NCBI GenBank assembly: GCA_038884575.1
Contig: JAWABQ010000002.1
Coordinates: forward strand, 16,893-80,892
Source of the DNA: Candidatus Woesearchaeota archaeon
Lineage (GTDB): Archaea > Nanobdellota > Nanobdellia > Woesearchaeales > ARS49
Direction: 5' to 3'
DNA: 64,000 nucleotides
Of the stretch, positions 48,155 through 58,343 are shown piece after piece. The notes beneath the pieces are model-generated. The model searched no databases and was not told the origin of the DNA. It was given only the letters and a program-made list of their open reading frames with translations. Position 1 is the stretch's first letter. Every line of letters starts with the position of its first letter. A program made the position numbers and the translations under genes.

Positions 48155-48721
48155 ATGGCAATGAAAACAGAAGCAAGGGTTATTGGAATTGATGACAGCC
48201 CTTTTGTCAAGAGAAAAGACAAAAAAGTGCTGCTTGTCGGCGTTGTTTACCGCGGCGGAGTCTTTCCTGACGGCGTTGTTACCACTTACGCAACTGTTGA
48301 CGGCACTGACGCAACAGAAAAAATAGCCTCAATGATAAACAAGTGCAGGTTCAGGACCCAATTGCAGGCAATAATGCTCAAAGGAGTGGCAGTAGGCGGG
48401 TTTAATGTAATAGACATTTACAAACTGCACAAGCTTACAAGAAGGCCTGTTGTGGTTGTTGTGCGCGACTATCCTGATTTAAATGAAATATTCAGGGTTT
48501 TGAAATGGCTGAAGAAGAAAAAGGCAATTGCCCTCATCAAGAAGCTGCCAAAACCAAAGAAAATAGGCAAAGTATATGTCCAATATGCAGGAACAAACCT
48601 CAAATCAGTAAAAGAGCTTCTGAAAATCACCTCAACAAGGGCATTTATCCCAGAACCACTCCGCGTGGCACACCTTATTGCTGCCGGAGTTGTTAAGGGA
48701 CAGAGCCGGGGAAGGGCTTAA
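48155..48721 (+). CDS. DUF99 (UPF0215) family protein
   Basis: 188 aa. VIGIDDSPF...LLVGVVYRGG...DGTDAT...GGFNVIDI matches the DUF99 pattern. Confidence 0.5.
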   Translation: MAMKTEARVIGIDDSPFVKRKDKKVLLVGVVYRGGVFPDGVVTTYATVDGTDATEKIASMINKCRFRTQLQAIMLKGVAVGGFNVIDIYKLHKLTRRPVVVVVRDYPDLNEIFRVLKWLKKKKAIALIKKLPKPKKIGKVYVQYAGTNLKSVKELLKITSTRAFIPEPLRVAHLIAAGVVKGQSRGRA

Positions 48722-50478
48722 GTGTAGTAAAGCCTTCCTGTTTCCTTCTGTTCCCTGTCAAGCCTTGAGCCAGGCTTGTTTATTCTGGGACGCTTGCTGT
48801 CCTCGTCGCGTCTGAGCGTGATGCCGATTTCTGTGAGGAAGTTGTTCATTCCGCTAACCATGTCAAAAGGACCGCTTGCCTTGCCTGACTTTCCAGGGCT
48901 GCCTGCAAAAACCATAAGCTCGTCAGCAAGATAGTCAAGGAACATCAGGTCGTGGTCAACAACCATTATTGTAACACCCCTTTGTTCGGCAACTTCCTTG
49001 ATTGTCTTGGCAACTGCAAGCCTTTGCTCAACATCCAAATATGCAGATGGCTCGTCAAGAAGGTAAAGATCAGCATCCTGAGAAAGGCAGTGCGCAATTG
49101 CAACACGCTGCAATTCCCCTCCTGAGAGAGCATTCATGTTCTTTAGCAACAAGGGCTTGATTTCAAGAGGGCGGATAAGCTGAACTTCGTACTTGCCGAC
49201 AGCATTTTGCAAGGCAGTGCTCACAAGCTCTTCTGACGACGAATCAATCTGCTGCGGCTTATAAGCCACCCTGACAGGAATCTCAACCTCGCCTGAGTCA
49301 GGCTTGAGGACATTTGCAAGCATTTTCACAAAAGTTGTTTTTCCAGTGCCGTTCTCACCAAGAACTCCAACAACACTGTGCGCATTCACAGAACCGGGCT
49401 GTATGTCAAGCAAGAAATGGTCAAGCTTTTTCTTCATTTTCTGCCAACCAGTAAGTTTTTTCACAAATTTCTTCTGACCTGGCTGTCTTGCAAAAAAAGT
49501 AATTGCATAAGGCCTGAACCTCATGTTCTGCTCCTTGATAAAGCCCTCAAGATATGTGTTGATGCCGTTCCTTGCGGGCTTTGGAACGCTCACAATGCCA
49601 TAACTGCCTTCCTCGCCAAACATTATGTGAGCCAAATCAGTCATGTAGTCAAGAATTATCAAGTCGTGCTCAACAACAAGCACTGCAGTTTCCTCATTTG
49701 CAAGATCCTTGATGAATTTTGCAACATTAATCCTCTGCTTGATATCCAAATAGGATGTTGGCTCGTCAAAAACATACAGGTTTGCCTTTTTCAGCACTGT
49801 TGCGGCAATTGCAATCCTCTGCATTTCTCCGCCGGAAACTGTTGAAATATCGTTGTCAAGGAGGTGGGCAATGTCAAGCGCCTTTGCAGTCTCTGCAAGC
49901 TTTTTTGTCTCATTGACTTTTTCAAGCAAGTCCCTGACTTTTCCTTTTGCATTCTTCTGAATCTGGTCAATATGCTGGGGCTTGTAGCTCACCTTGATTT
50001 CCCCTTTTGCAAGTTTCTCAAAAAACACCTGCGCTTCTGTGCCCTTGAAATACTCAAGAAGCTCCTGATGGCTTGCCTCTTTTTCCCTGCCCAGATTGGG
50101 AACCAATTGTCCCGCAAGAATCCTTATCGCGGTTGATTTGCCAATACCGTTCCTGCCGACAATGCCAACCACTTTTCCAAAAACAGGCATTGGAAGATTG
50201 TACAGGTGAAACCCGTTTGTGCCATACTGGTGCACAGGCTGCTTTGCCAGCTCCTCAGGAAGCTTGATGATGCTTATGGCGCCAAAAGGGCACCTGTTCT
50301 GGCAAATACTGCACGCATCACTTGTGAGTTCTGGATTTATTTTTATCTTCTGGTCAACAGGGTCAATTGTCTTGCATTCCAAGCCCTGCCTGTTCATCGG
50401 GCAGATGCGCATGCACAAGTATCCGCCGCAGCCTTTTGGGTTGCACCTTTCCTTGTGCACAATCGCTATTCTCGGCAT
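48718..50478 (-). CDS. abcE1: ribosome-recycling ATPase ABCE1 (RNase L inhibitor homolog)
   Basis: The start is trimmed to MPRIAIVHKERCNPKGCGGYLCMRICP (N-terminal 4Fe-4S domain), followed by two ABC NBDs (GPNGIGKS..., LSGGE...). 586 aa. The track's 72-aa upstream extension is rejected. Confidence 0.85.
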   Translation of the reverse strand: MPRIAIVHKERCNPKGCGGYLCMRICPMNRQGLECKTIDPVDQKIKINPELTSDACSICQNRCPFGAISIIKLPEELAKQPVHQYGTNGFHLYNLPMPVFGKVVGIVGRNGIGKSTAIRILAGQLVPNLGREKEASHQELLEYFKGTEAQVFFEKLAKGEIKVSYKPQHIDQIQKNAKGKVRDLLEKVNETKKLAETAKALDIAHLLDNDISTVSGGEMQRIAIAATVLKKANLYVFDEPTSYLDIKQRINVAKFIKDLANEETAVLVVEHDLIILDYMTDLAHIMFGEEGSYGIVSVPKPARNGINTYLEGFIKEQNMRFRPYAITFFARQPGQKKFVKKLTGWQKMKKKLDHFLLDIQPGSVNAHSVVGVLGENGTGKTTFVKMLANVLKPDSGEVEIPVRVAYKPQQIDSSSEELVSTALQNAVGKYEVQLIRPLEIKPLLLKNMNALSGGELQRVAIAHCLSQDADLYLLDEPSAYLDVEQRLAVAKTIKEVAEQRGVTIMVVDHDLMFLDYLADELMVFAGSPGKSGKASGPFDMVSGMNNFLTEIGITLRRDEDSKRPRINKPGSRLDREQKETGRLYYT

Positions 50479-50532
50479 GCCCCTTTCAGAAAGAGTGACA
50501 TTTATAAATCCTCGCTGACCTAAAAACCAATT

Positions 50533-50691
50533 ATGAAGTGCGAGCTGTGCAAGAAAACAATTGAGCAGACATTCCTTGGAAAAATACTCGGCACATACAT
50601 CAAGGATGCAAAAGGAAAACAGCACGTTATCTGCTTTGAATGCCAGAAAAAGTTCCAGAAGAAAGAAGAAATTCTTGCTCAGCTGAAATAA
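50533..50691 (+). CDS. small zinc-ribbon protein
   Basis: 52 aa, not in the track: MKCELCKKTIEQTF...VICFECQKKFQKKEE (CxxC...CxxC). It occupies the ABCE1-tRNA gap. Confidence 0.5.
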   Translation: MKCELCKKTIEQTFLGKILGTYIKDAKGKQHVICFECQKKFQKKEEILAQLK

Positions 50692-50698
50692 CACACCT

Positions 50699-50771
50699 GC
50701 CCTCGTAGCTTAGTAGCTATAGCACCTGCCTCGTAAGCAGGAGGTCGCGAGTGCAACTCTCGCCGAGGGCT
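50699..50771 (+). tRNA. tRNA-Thr (anticodon CGT) with an unusual T loop (TGCAACT, G55)
   Basis: GCCCTCG...CCTGC-CTCGTAA-GCAGG-AGGTC-GCGAG-TGCAACT-CTCGC-CGAGGGC-T. Confidence 0.65.
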
Positions 50772-50791
50772 TATTATTGAGAAAAAGGAGG

Positions 50792-52360
50792 ATGAACAAA
50801 GTGCTGGTGCTTTATGCCTTGCTACCCATAATCCTGATATTCCTGCTAATAGTGATTATGAAGTGGCCGGCAAGCAGGGCAATGCCTGTTGCCTGGCTGG
50901 CTGCGGCAATAATCAGCATCCTTGTCTGGGCAGTCCCTGTTGCAGGAATCATTGCATCATCATTCAAGGGAGTGCTTGTCGCAATTGACATATTATTCAT
51001 TGTATTCGGCGCCCTGCTGCTCCTTAAGATACTTCAAAAAGGCAGGGCAATAGAAGTAATAGATTATGCCCTTGCAGGCCTGTCCCAAGACAGGAGAGTC
51101 CAGGCAATCCTTGTAGCATGGCTCTTCGGCAGCTTTGTGGAAGGCGCAGCAGGGTTCGGCACACCTGCAGCACTCGCGGCACCCCTGCTTGCATCCATAG
51201 GATTTCCGGCAATAGCAGCAGTAATAGTGTCTTTGGTTGCCAACAGCACCGCAGTATCATTCGGGGCTGCAGGAACGCCGCTTATCATGGGCATAAGCAC
51301 CATACTTCCTGAACAACTGAAGCATCTGCTTCCTGAGATTTCAGCCACAAGCGCATTGCTCCACGCAATCATCGGGACATTTGTGCCGCTGATAATGGTC
51401 TGCATACTGACGCGTTTTTTTGGCAAGAACAGGTCATGGAAAGAGGGAATTGCAATTGCGCCTTATGCAATATGGGCAGGCTTGTGCTTTACAATCCCTT
51501 ACTATCTTTCAGCCCGGCTTTTTGGTCCTGAAGTGCCGTCAATAATCGGGGGGATTGCAGGGCTTGCATTGCTGGCAATAACCACCCGCGCAGGATTATT
51601 CGTGCCAAAAACACCATGGACGTTTGCAGGGCACAAGGAAAAGACCTTGTCTTTCAAAACAAAACTGCCAGTATGGAAAGCATTCTTTCCGTATATTTTG
51701 CTAGGCATTCTGCTTGTAATAACAAGAATCAGGGAATTGGGAATTGGTGAAGCGCTCAAAAAAGTGGCAATAAGCATTCCCGGCGCTGGCTACACGTTTA
51801 CGCCGCTGTACTCTCCTGGCTTTATGTTCCTGATAGTGTGTGCAGTTTCATGGTTTTTGTACGGGCTTTCAGGCAAGGAAGCAGCTTCTTCAGCTGCCAA
51901 TGCATTTGTTCCCCTGAAAAACCCCGCAATATCACTTGTTTTTGCAGTTGCAGCAGTCCAGCTTATAATGAATTCAGGCAACAACATTTCAGGACTTGAA
52001 AGCATGCCTGCAATAATCGGCAGCAGCCTGGCAGTCCTTGGCAGGCTGTTTGTTGTGCTCTCCCCTGCCCTCGGCATGCTTGGCTCTTTCATTGTGGGCA
52101 GCAACACGGTATCAAACCTCTTGTTCGGAGCTTTCCAGCTCGAGACAGCACTTGCAGTCGGGCTTTCACCGGTTTTAGTGCTTGCCCTGCAGAACGTTGG
52201 TGGGGCTGTCGGCAACATGATTTCAGTGCACAACATTATTGCTGCTTCGGCAACAGTGGGCCTGCACGGCGAGGAAGGCCATATTATCAGGATAAACCTC
52301 ATTCCAGCAATCAGCTATGCGCTCCTGGCAGGTATTATTGGGGCATTGCTGTTGCTCTGA
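50792..52360 (+). CDS. lctP: L-lactate permease (LctP family)
   Basis: About 520 aa, polytopic, with start MNKVLVLYALLPIILIF and LctP-like conserved segments. Confidence 0.7.
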   Translation: MNKVLVLYALLPIILIFLLIVIMKWPASRAMPVAWLAAAIISILVWAVPVAGIIASSFKGVLVAIDILFIVFGALLLLKILQKGRAIEVIDYALAGLSQDRRVQAILVAWLFGSFVEGAAGFGTPAALAAPLLASIGFPAIAAVIVSLVANSTAVSFGAAGTPLIMGISTILPEQLKHLLPEISATSALLHAIIGTFVPLIMVCILTRFFGKNRSWKEGIAIAPYAIWAGLCFTIPYYLSARLFGPEVPSIIGGIAGLALLAITTRAGLFVPKTPWTFAGHKEKTLSFKTKLPVWKAFFPYILLGILLVITRIRELGIGEALKKVAISIPGAGYTFTPLYSPGFMFLIVCAVSWFLYGLSGKEAASSAANAFVPLKNPAISLVFAVAAVQLIMNSGNNISGLESMPAIIGSSLAVLGRLFVVLSPALGMLGSFIVGSNTVSNLLFGAFQLETALAVGLSPVLVLALQNVGGAVGNMISVHNIIAASATVGLHGEEGHIIRINLIPAISYALLAGIIGALLLL

Positions 52361-52418
52361 TGCAAAAGCTTTTATTCAGCTTTTAAAAAATGCTTGATAT
52401 TAAGCGAGGTGGACAAAA

Positions 52419-52727
52419 ATGTTGAGAGTTGTGCATGAATTCAAGGATTTTTTGAAGGAGTACAAGATTGTCGGGCTGGCTATTGCCTTCATCATGGGCG
52501 CTGCAGCAACAGAACTTGTGAAGTCATTGGTCAACAACGTGATAATGCCGATAATCACGCCGTTCATTCCTGGCGGAGGATGGCAGACAGCAACATTCAA
52601 GATGGGACCAATAGTTATTTCGTGGGGTGCATTCCTGAGCTCGCTGATATACTTCATAATACTGGCATTTGTAATATTCCTCATTGCAAAATTCGTCTTC
52701 AGGGAGGAAAAGGTTACAAAGAAATAA
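52419..52727 (+). CDS. mscL: large-conductance mechanosensitive channel MscL
   Basis: 102 aa. FKDFLKEYKIVGLAIAFIMGAAATELVKSLVNNVIMPII matches the MscL N-terminus and TM1. Confidence 0.75.
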   Translation: MLRVVHEFKDFLKEYKIVGLAIAFIMGAAATELVKSLVNNVIMPIITPFIPGGGWQTATFKMGPIVISWGAFLSSLIYFIILAFVIFLIAKFVFREEKVTKK

Positions 52728-52751
52728 TCCACAAAGCTTTTATGCAGCTGG

Positions 52752-53336
52752 TTGTGGGACTGGAGCATGGCACTTGACAGGAAGACCTGGATGTCAATAT
52801 TCATCTCTGCAGTAATGATACTCAGCGTGATAGGCTTCTCGCTGACAATGACAGAGCCTGAACAGCAGGTTGAGTACAACGGAATGAAATTCACAAGGTC
52901 ACAGGCAGGATGGCAGGCAAAAATCAATAATGTAAAAACAGAGCTCTATTATTATCCTGCAGAGCTTGAGGACATCCCTGTTGATGAAGGGGTGGGAGTT
53001 GCGCTTGATGGCATCCGTGTTTTGTGGTTCTCGTATAATCCGGCGGATACTTATGCGCAGGAGATTGCAGGAACGCTGTTTTACATGGAAGACCTGCTTG
53101 CCAAGGTGAAAGACGTGTATGTCCAAAGGGGGCTTTTGAACAACACAGACTATGCACTCCCTGAAGCAACCTGCGCAAATGCCACACTGGCTGTCCCTGT
53201 GCTTGTCCTGCAGTCAGGAAATGAAACGTCAGTAAGGCATGACAATGGATGCATAATTGCAACAGCATCAAGCGGAAGGGATATCAGCATGGTTGGAGAC
53301 AGGGTGCTTTACCAGGCATTCGGGGTAATGAGATGA
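52752..53336 (+). CDS. hypothetical membrane-anchored protein, paralog A
   Basis: 194 aa with an N-terminal TM segment and a C-terminal DRVLYQAFGVMR, shared with the next gene. Confidence 0.45.
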   Translation: MWDWSMALDRKTWMSIFISAVMILSVIGFSLTMTEPEQQVEYNGMKFTRSQAGWQAKINNVKTELYYYPAELEDIPVDEGVGVALDGIRVLWFSYNPADTYAQEIAGTLFYMEDLLAKVKDVYVQRGLLNNTDYALPEATCANATLAVPVLVLQSGNETSVRHDNGCIIATASSGRDISMVGDRVLYQAFGVMR

Positions 53337-53980
53337 CAGAACAAAAAAAACCAGAGCCAGTTAAACAGGCAAGCCCTTCGCGCAACATGATTGTGATAAT
53401 AGCGGCTGTTGCACTGTTTGTTGCAATTAGCTTTGTAGCTTACAAATACATGCATAAGGAGCCTCAGAGCAAGCCAGACCTTGTTTATAACTTCTTTGAG
53501 TTCAAGAAAATAGATGATATGTGGCACACAAAATGGCAGCGCGACGGCCAATTGTTTGATGTCAGCCTGCGCTACAACCCTCTTGACGTTGAGCTGGTGC
53601 CTGTCAGAGGCGGGCTAAATGAAACCTGGCTCAAGCAGCCGTACTACCTCACATTTGACCCTGACTCAAACAGCTCAAACAGCTCAAACAACACAGACTT
53701 CAAGTACCTGGCGCTTGCATTTTCAGAGCTCGGGCTTAACTGGGCAAGGGGGATTGGCAAGGAGGTTGTCACTGCCTGCACAAAGAATGTCTCAGAAGCC
53801 TGCGCAGGTCACCCTATTGTCACATGCGATGATGATGACAAGCCTGTATTTTACCTGAAGGTTATGAAATATCCGCGGGTCACGCTTGACGGCAACTGCC
53901 TCATCATTGAAGGAAAGGAGCTTGACCTGATCAAGGCAACAGACAGGGTTTTGTACCATTTCTATGGAATAATGCCGTAA
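53333..53980 (+). CDS. hypothetical membrane-anchored protein, paralog B
   Basis: The start MTEQKKPEP is ATGA-coupled. The C-terminus is DRVLYHFYGIMP. It has an internal Ser/Asn-rich stretch and Cys pairs. Confidence 0.45.
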   Translation: MTEQKKPEPVKQASPSRNMIVIIAAVALFVAISFVAYKYMHKEPQSKPDLVYNFFEFKKIDDMWHTKWQRDGQLFDVSLRYNPLDVELVPVRGGLNETWLKQPYYLTFDPDSNSSNSSNNTDFKYLALAFSELGLNWARGIGKEVVTACTKNVSEACAGHPIVTCDDDDKPVFYLKVMKYPRVTLDGNCLIIEGKELDLIKATDRVLYHFYGIMP

Positions 53981-54011
53981 GTTTATATAGCGCCAAGCAT
54001 TATCAGGGAAT

Positions 54012-54968
54012 ATGTATGTCGTCTACTGTTCCCAGCAGCTGGACGGTATTGCGGCAGCGGCAATACTCTTCAGGGCCGCGCGCCTGACAGGGCACGAAGT
54101 CAGGCTTGGCGGGATTCTCAACTTTGAAAATGCAGACGAACAGTTTTCGGCAATGCAGAACCTGAGCGGCGACCTGATATTCATACTTGACTTCCTGCCT
54201 GACAACATCCAGGCATTTGAGCAGAAGCTCAGCGCAATCACAGTCAGGAACAGGATTGCATACTGGAACAGCCACCATCCGCACTCCGAGGCAGACGGCG
54301 CAATACTCTCCAGACACGCTCACACAGTAGACCTCTCAGGGCCCCTGCATTATGCGCCGGTGCCAAAGGAAAAAACCTGCGCTGCAGAGATTGCCCAGAA
54401 AAAATTCCTGCCGAATGACAGCGTTGCAAGAGAGCTCGCGAAGATCGCGCATGACATAGAATTCTGGGAGCGCACAGACAACAGGGCAGTGCAGCTCGCA
54501 GACCTCATAGCATCAGGGTTTGAGCCAAAGGAGCTTGTTGACATACTCTCGCGCGGAATCCTTTGGTCTGAGCGCTTTGAGCAGCTCAGGCAGGAATACC
54601 TTGGCAAAAAGCAGCATGCAATGCAGGACATAATAGCACACCTTGCAGTCAGGAACATCCTTGGCTACAATTTCGGTTTCTCGCTTGCCCAGTCAATCCT
54701 GCCTTCCTCTGATGCAGGGCAGCACATTCTTGACACACATTCAGGCGTAGACGTATCAGTTGTGCTTTACCGCAACGGCAGGATAAGCTTCAGGAAGAGG
54801 GATACCTGCAACCTCAACCTTGCAGAAATAGCAAAATTATTCGGCGGAGGCGGGCACAATTATGCAGCAGGGGCAAGGCTGGCGCAGCACCAGTCAATAA
54901 CACGCGAAAATTTTGACAATGTGCTGTTTGAGCTTGACCAGCAGCTTAAAACCCACCTTCTCAGATAA
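54012..54968 (+). CDS. DHH-DHHA1 family phosphoesterase (NrnA-like)
   Basis: 318 aa. The DHHA1 motif GGGGHNYAAGA is present. The first Asp of the DHH motif appears substituted (SHHP). Confidence 0.55.
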   Translation: MYVVYCSQQLDGIAAAAILFRAARLTGHEVRLGGILNFENADEQFSAMQNLSGDLIFILDFLPDNIQAFEQKLSAITVRNRIAYWNSHHPHSEADGAILSRHAHTVDLSGPLHYAPVPKEKTCAAEIAQKKFLPNDSVARELAKIAHDIEFWERTDNRAVQLADLIASGFEPKELVDILSRGILWSERFEQLRQEYLGKKQHAMQDIIAHLAVRNILGYNFGFSLAQSILPSSDAGQHILDTHSGVDVSVVLYRNGRISFRKRDTCNLNLAEIAKLFGGGGHNYAAGARLAQHQSITRENFDNVLFELDQQLKTHLLR

Positions 54969-55182
54969 TTTTTACATACATTAAAATACTTTAATTGATT
55001 ATTCCTGCGCATAAAAGCCAAAAAGAGGTGCAATGCAAATGGCAGCAAAGAAAAGAAAGAGGAAGCGCGCAGGAAAGCGACGCCGGCGAAGATAAACAAA
55101 TGCATTTTGCTGCCTCGCAATGCGGGGCAGTTATTTTTTCTCTGCGAAAACATTATAAACAAACCCTGTTCTGTTCGGGCTG

Positions 55183-55743
55183 ATGATGATTACGCTTCGA
55201 GAGATGTTTGATGCAGCCCTGATGACTGTTGCAGTGGGCTACATATTCATGGGCATTTTCCAGGCGCGGGCAAGGTTTCATGCATTTGACTGGCAGGCAT
55301 TGTGGTTTGCATGCCTTGTCACTGCCCCAGCGCTCATCCTGCATGAGCTCAGCCACAAGTTTGTCGCGATTGCAGCAGGGCTTCAGGCAACATTCCACGC
55401 AGCATACTTCTGGCTGGGAATCGGGGTGCTGCTAAGGCTTTTTCATTCGCCGCTGATATTTTTTGTCCCTGCATATGTCTCAATCAGCTGCGCTCATGCG
55501 CCATGCACAATGCCGCCGCTTGTGTCTGCAATGACTGCATTCGCAGGCCCTGGGCTTAACCTTGCGCTCTGGCTTGCGTCATGGACAGTGCTCAAATACC
55601 GCAGGCTGAGGAGCAGGAAGTGGTTTTTGTTCTGGTTTTTGACCAAGAAAATAAACATGCTGCTTTTCATACTCAACATGCTGCCGATTCCTGGATTTGA
55701 CGGCTATTCTGTATATTCCGGATTGTGGCAGGCTTTTGGCTGA
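55183..55743 (+). CDS. peptidase M50 (site-2 protease) family zinc metalloprotease
   Basis: 186 aa with HELSHK (HExxH) and NMLPIPGFDG (the LDG-type motif). Confidence 0.65.
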   Translation: MMITLREMFDAALMTVAVGYIFMGIFQARARFHAFDWQALWFACLVTAPALILHELSHKFVAIAAGLQATFHAAYFWLGIGVLLRLFHSPLIFFVPAYVSISCAHAPCTMPPLVSAMTAFAGPGLNLALWLASWTVLKYRRLRSRKWFLFWFLTKKINMLLFILNMLPIPGFDGYSVYSGLWQAFG

Positions 55744-55796
55744 TTGTGGTGCTGGAAACTACAAAAGAATTTAAACTGCAGATTTCTTTTCAAAAC

Positions 55797-57416
55797 ATGC
55801 ACCTGACCAAATTTGTGGTTATTACAGGCGGAGTTCTTTCAGGGCTGGGAAAGGGAGTGGCTTCTGCATCCATTGGCAGGCTCCTGAAAAATCATGGAAA
55901 GATTGTCTGCATAAAATGCGACGGCTACCTCAATGTAGACCCTGGCACAATGAACCCGATTGAGCACGGGGAAGTCTTTGTCCTTGATGACGGCGGAGAG
56001 GTTGACATGGACTTCGGCCACTATGAGCGCTTTGTCGGAATGCAGTGCAAGTCAGACTGGAACCTGACATCAGGGAAAGTCTTCAACAGGGTAATCACCA
56101 AGGAGCGCAAAGGGCAATTTCTTGGAAAAACCATACAGATATTCCCGCACGTCATCAACGAAATAAAGGAATGGATATTCTCAATCGTGAAGCAGGAGCA
56201 GCCTGACATGGTACTGCTTGAGATTGGCGGCACAATAGGAGACATCGAAAACAGCTGGTTTGTTGAGGCCGCAAGGCAGCTGAAAAAGGATGTGGGGCAG
56301 GAAAACATCGCTTATGTACATCTAACTTATGTCCCTTTCCTCAATTCTGTCGGTGAGCCCAAGACAAAGACTGCCCAGAGGGATGTCGCACTCCTGAGGG
56401 AGAAGGGAATTGTACCCGACATAATAATATGCAGGAGCAAAGACGAAATCTCCCGCGGCATCAAGGAAAAGCTTGCAATGTTCTGCGATGTGGAGCCGTC
56501 GCACATCATCAGCGGGTATGATGTTGAAAACATTTACGAGGTCCCGCTTGTATTCCTGAAAGAGGGGCTGCTTGATATACTTAACACCAAATTGTCGCTC
56601 AGGCACAAGGCAGAGATGAGCGAGTGGCAGTTTCTTGTCAGCAAAATAAAAAACCCGAAGAACACAATTACGATCGCTGTCTGCGGCAAGTATACCGCGC
56701 TTAAGGACTCTTATGCAAGCATAATAGAAGCGCTGACGCATGCCGGCGCGCATAACGACGCAAAAGTCTGCCTGAAATGGATTGAAACAACAGACATTGA
56801 AGACGGAAAAATGTCTGCAGATGATGCGCTCAAAGGAATCCAGGGAGTCCTTGTGCCTGGCGGGTTTGGCAGCAGGGGCGCAGAAGGAAAAATTGCAGTA
56901 ATAAAGGCAGCGCGGGAAAACAACATACCTTATCTGGGAATTTGTTACGGGCTACAGCTTGCAGTGGTTGAATTTGCAAGAAATGCCTGCGGATTATCAG
57001 GAGCAAACACAACTGAAAATGAGCCAAACACGCCATACCCGGTAATTGACTTACTGCCTGAACAAAAAACAATATTTGCAAAAGGCGGAACAATGCGCCT
57101 TGGAGCATGCAAGGCAGTGCTTGAGCCTGGAAGCATCGTAGCCCGGTTGTATGGTGCCTCGGAGGTGTGGGAAAGGCACAGGCACAGGTATGAAGTAAAC
57201 CCGGAGTATCATAAAGTCCTGCGTGACAATGGAATGATGCTCAGCGGGCTTTCAGAGAACGGCAGGCTTGCGGAATTCGTTGAGCTTCAAAACCACCCAT
57301 TCTTTGTTGCCACGCAGGCTCACAATGAGCTCACTTCCCGCCTTGAAAGACCAAATCCATTGTTCTTTGGTTTCATCAATGCTGCGCTTCAAAAAGGGGC
57401 AAGCTTTAAAAAGTGA
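55797..57416 (+). CDS. pyrG: CTP synthase
   Basis: Start MHLTKFVVITGGVLSGLGKG. The synthetase domain is followed by a class I glutamine amidotransferase domain (GICYGLQ). The track's upstream extension from 55725 is rejected. Confidence 0.85.
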   Translation: MHLTKFVVITGGVLSGLGKGVASASIGRLLKNHGKIVCIKCDGYLNVDPGTMNPIEHGEVFVLDDGGEVDMDFGHYERFVGMQCKSDWNLTSGKVFNRVITKERKGQFLGKTIQIFPHVINEIKEWIFSIVKQEQPDMVLLEIGGTIGDIENSWFVEAARQLKKDVGQENIAYVHLTYVPFLNSVGEPKTKTAQRDVALLREKGIVPDIIICRSKDEISRGIKEKLAMFCDVEPSHIISGYDVENIYEVPLVFLKEGLLDILNTKLSLRHKAEMSEWQFLVSKIKNPKNTITIAVCGKYTALKDSYASIIEALTHAGAHNDAKVCLKWIETTDIEDGKMSADDALKGIQGVLVPGGFGSRGAEGKIAVIKAARENNIPYLGICYGLQLAVVEFARNACGLSGANTTENEPNTPYPVIDLLPEQKTIFAKGGTMRLGACKAVLEPGSIVARLYGASEVWERHRHRYEVNPEYHKVLRDNGMMLSGLSENGRLAEFVELQNHPFFVATQAHNELTSRLERPNPLFFGFINAALQKGASFKK

Positions 57417-57443
57417 CCCTATAACCTCTTCGTCGGTGAAATA

Positions 57444-58343
57444 TTGGGAATCAAGCTATTTTTGCTGAACATTTATGACAAGCAGTACAAGAAGCTGCTC
57501 GTACTGAGCTTTCTGCTTCTTTTTGCATGCATAGGGGTGCTAATAGTGCACAAAGTGCAGACAGGGGAGTTTATTTCAAAAGGGGTTTCGCTCAAGGGTG
57601 GACTGACACTCACAATCCCTGTTTCAGAGGCAGACATCCATTCGCTGCAGTCAGCCCTGTCATCGAAGTTCCCAAAAGCAGACATCAATGTCAGGAGCAT
57701 TGCAGAAGCAGGCACAATCAAGGCGCTTATCATAGAAGCAGCAGACATTAACGAGGATGAACTGGTTGCAGCGCTCAGGGAGCAGGGGCTTCCAATGGTT
57801 CAGGGAAAGTTCTCGGTGGAAACAATGGGCTCATCACTTGGCCAGAGTTTCTACAGGCAGACCGTACTTGCCGTAATTGTTGCATTCATTTTCATGAGTT
57901 TGGTTGTATTTGTAACTTTCAGGAATATTTTGCCAAGCCTTTTTGTCATCCTCTGCGCTGTTTCTGACATTGTAAGCACGATAGCGGCAATAGATTTTTT
58001 GGGGGTGAAGCTCTCAACAGCAGGGGTTGCCGCGCTTTTGATGCTCATAGGGTATTCAGTGGATACCGACATCCTGCTAACGACAAAAGTTCTTAAGCGC
58101 AAGGAAGGGACAATATTCAATCGTACCGTCGGCACAATGCGCACGGGAATGCTGATGTCATTTACTGCTTTGGGAGCCTCACTTGCAGGATTCTTTTACA
58201 CGCAGTCAGATGTTGTAAAGCAGATAATGCTCATAATATCAATAGGGATGATTTTTGACATGGTATATACCTGGGTGCAGAATGCAGGCATACTCAGGTG
58301 GTATCTTGAAAAGAAGGAGGGCGGCCAAAATGGGCAAGCTTAA
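57444..58343 (+). CDS. secF: protein-export membrane protein SecF
   Basis: 299 aa with the six-TM SecF topology. Confidence 0.7.
   Translation: MGIKLFLLNIYDKQYKKLLVLSFLLLFACIGVLIVHKVQTGEFISKGVSLKGGLTLTIPVSEADIHSLQSALSSKFPKADINVRSIAEAGTIKALIIEAADINEDELVAALREQGLPMVQGKFSVETMGSSLGQSFYRQTVLAVIVAFIFMSLVVFVTFRNILPSLFVILCAVSDIVSTIAAIDFLGVKLSTAGVAALLMLIGYSVDTDILLTTKVLKRKEGTIFNRTVGTMRTGMLMSFTALGASLAGFFYTQSDVVKQIMLIISIGMIFDMVYTWVQNAGILRWYLEKKEGGQNGQA

Noticed and set aside
50479-50694. 72-codon upstream extension of ABCE1 in the track
   Set aside because: ABCE1 orthologs start with the Fe-S domain (MPRIAIV...). The extension is hydrophobic junk and is occupied by a plus-strand zinc-ribbon gene.
54995-55183. 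62-aa ORF between the DHH and M50 genes
   Set aside because: It is a short, basic low-complexity ORF in a probable promoter region. It could be a real small protein, but I cannot support it.
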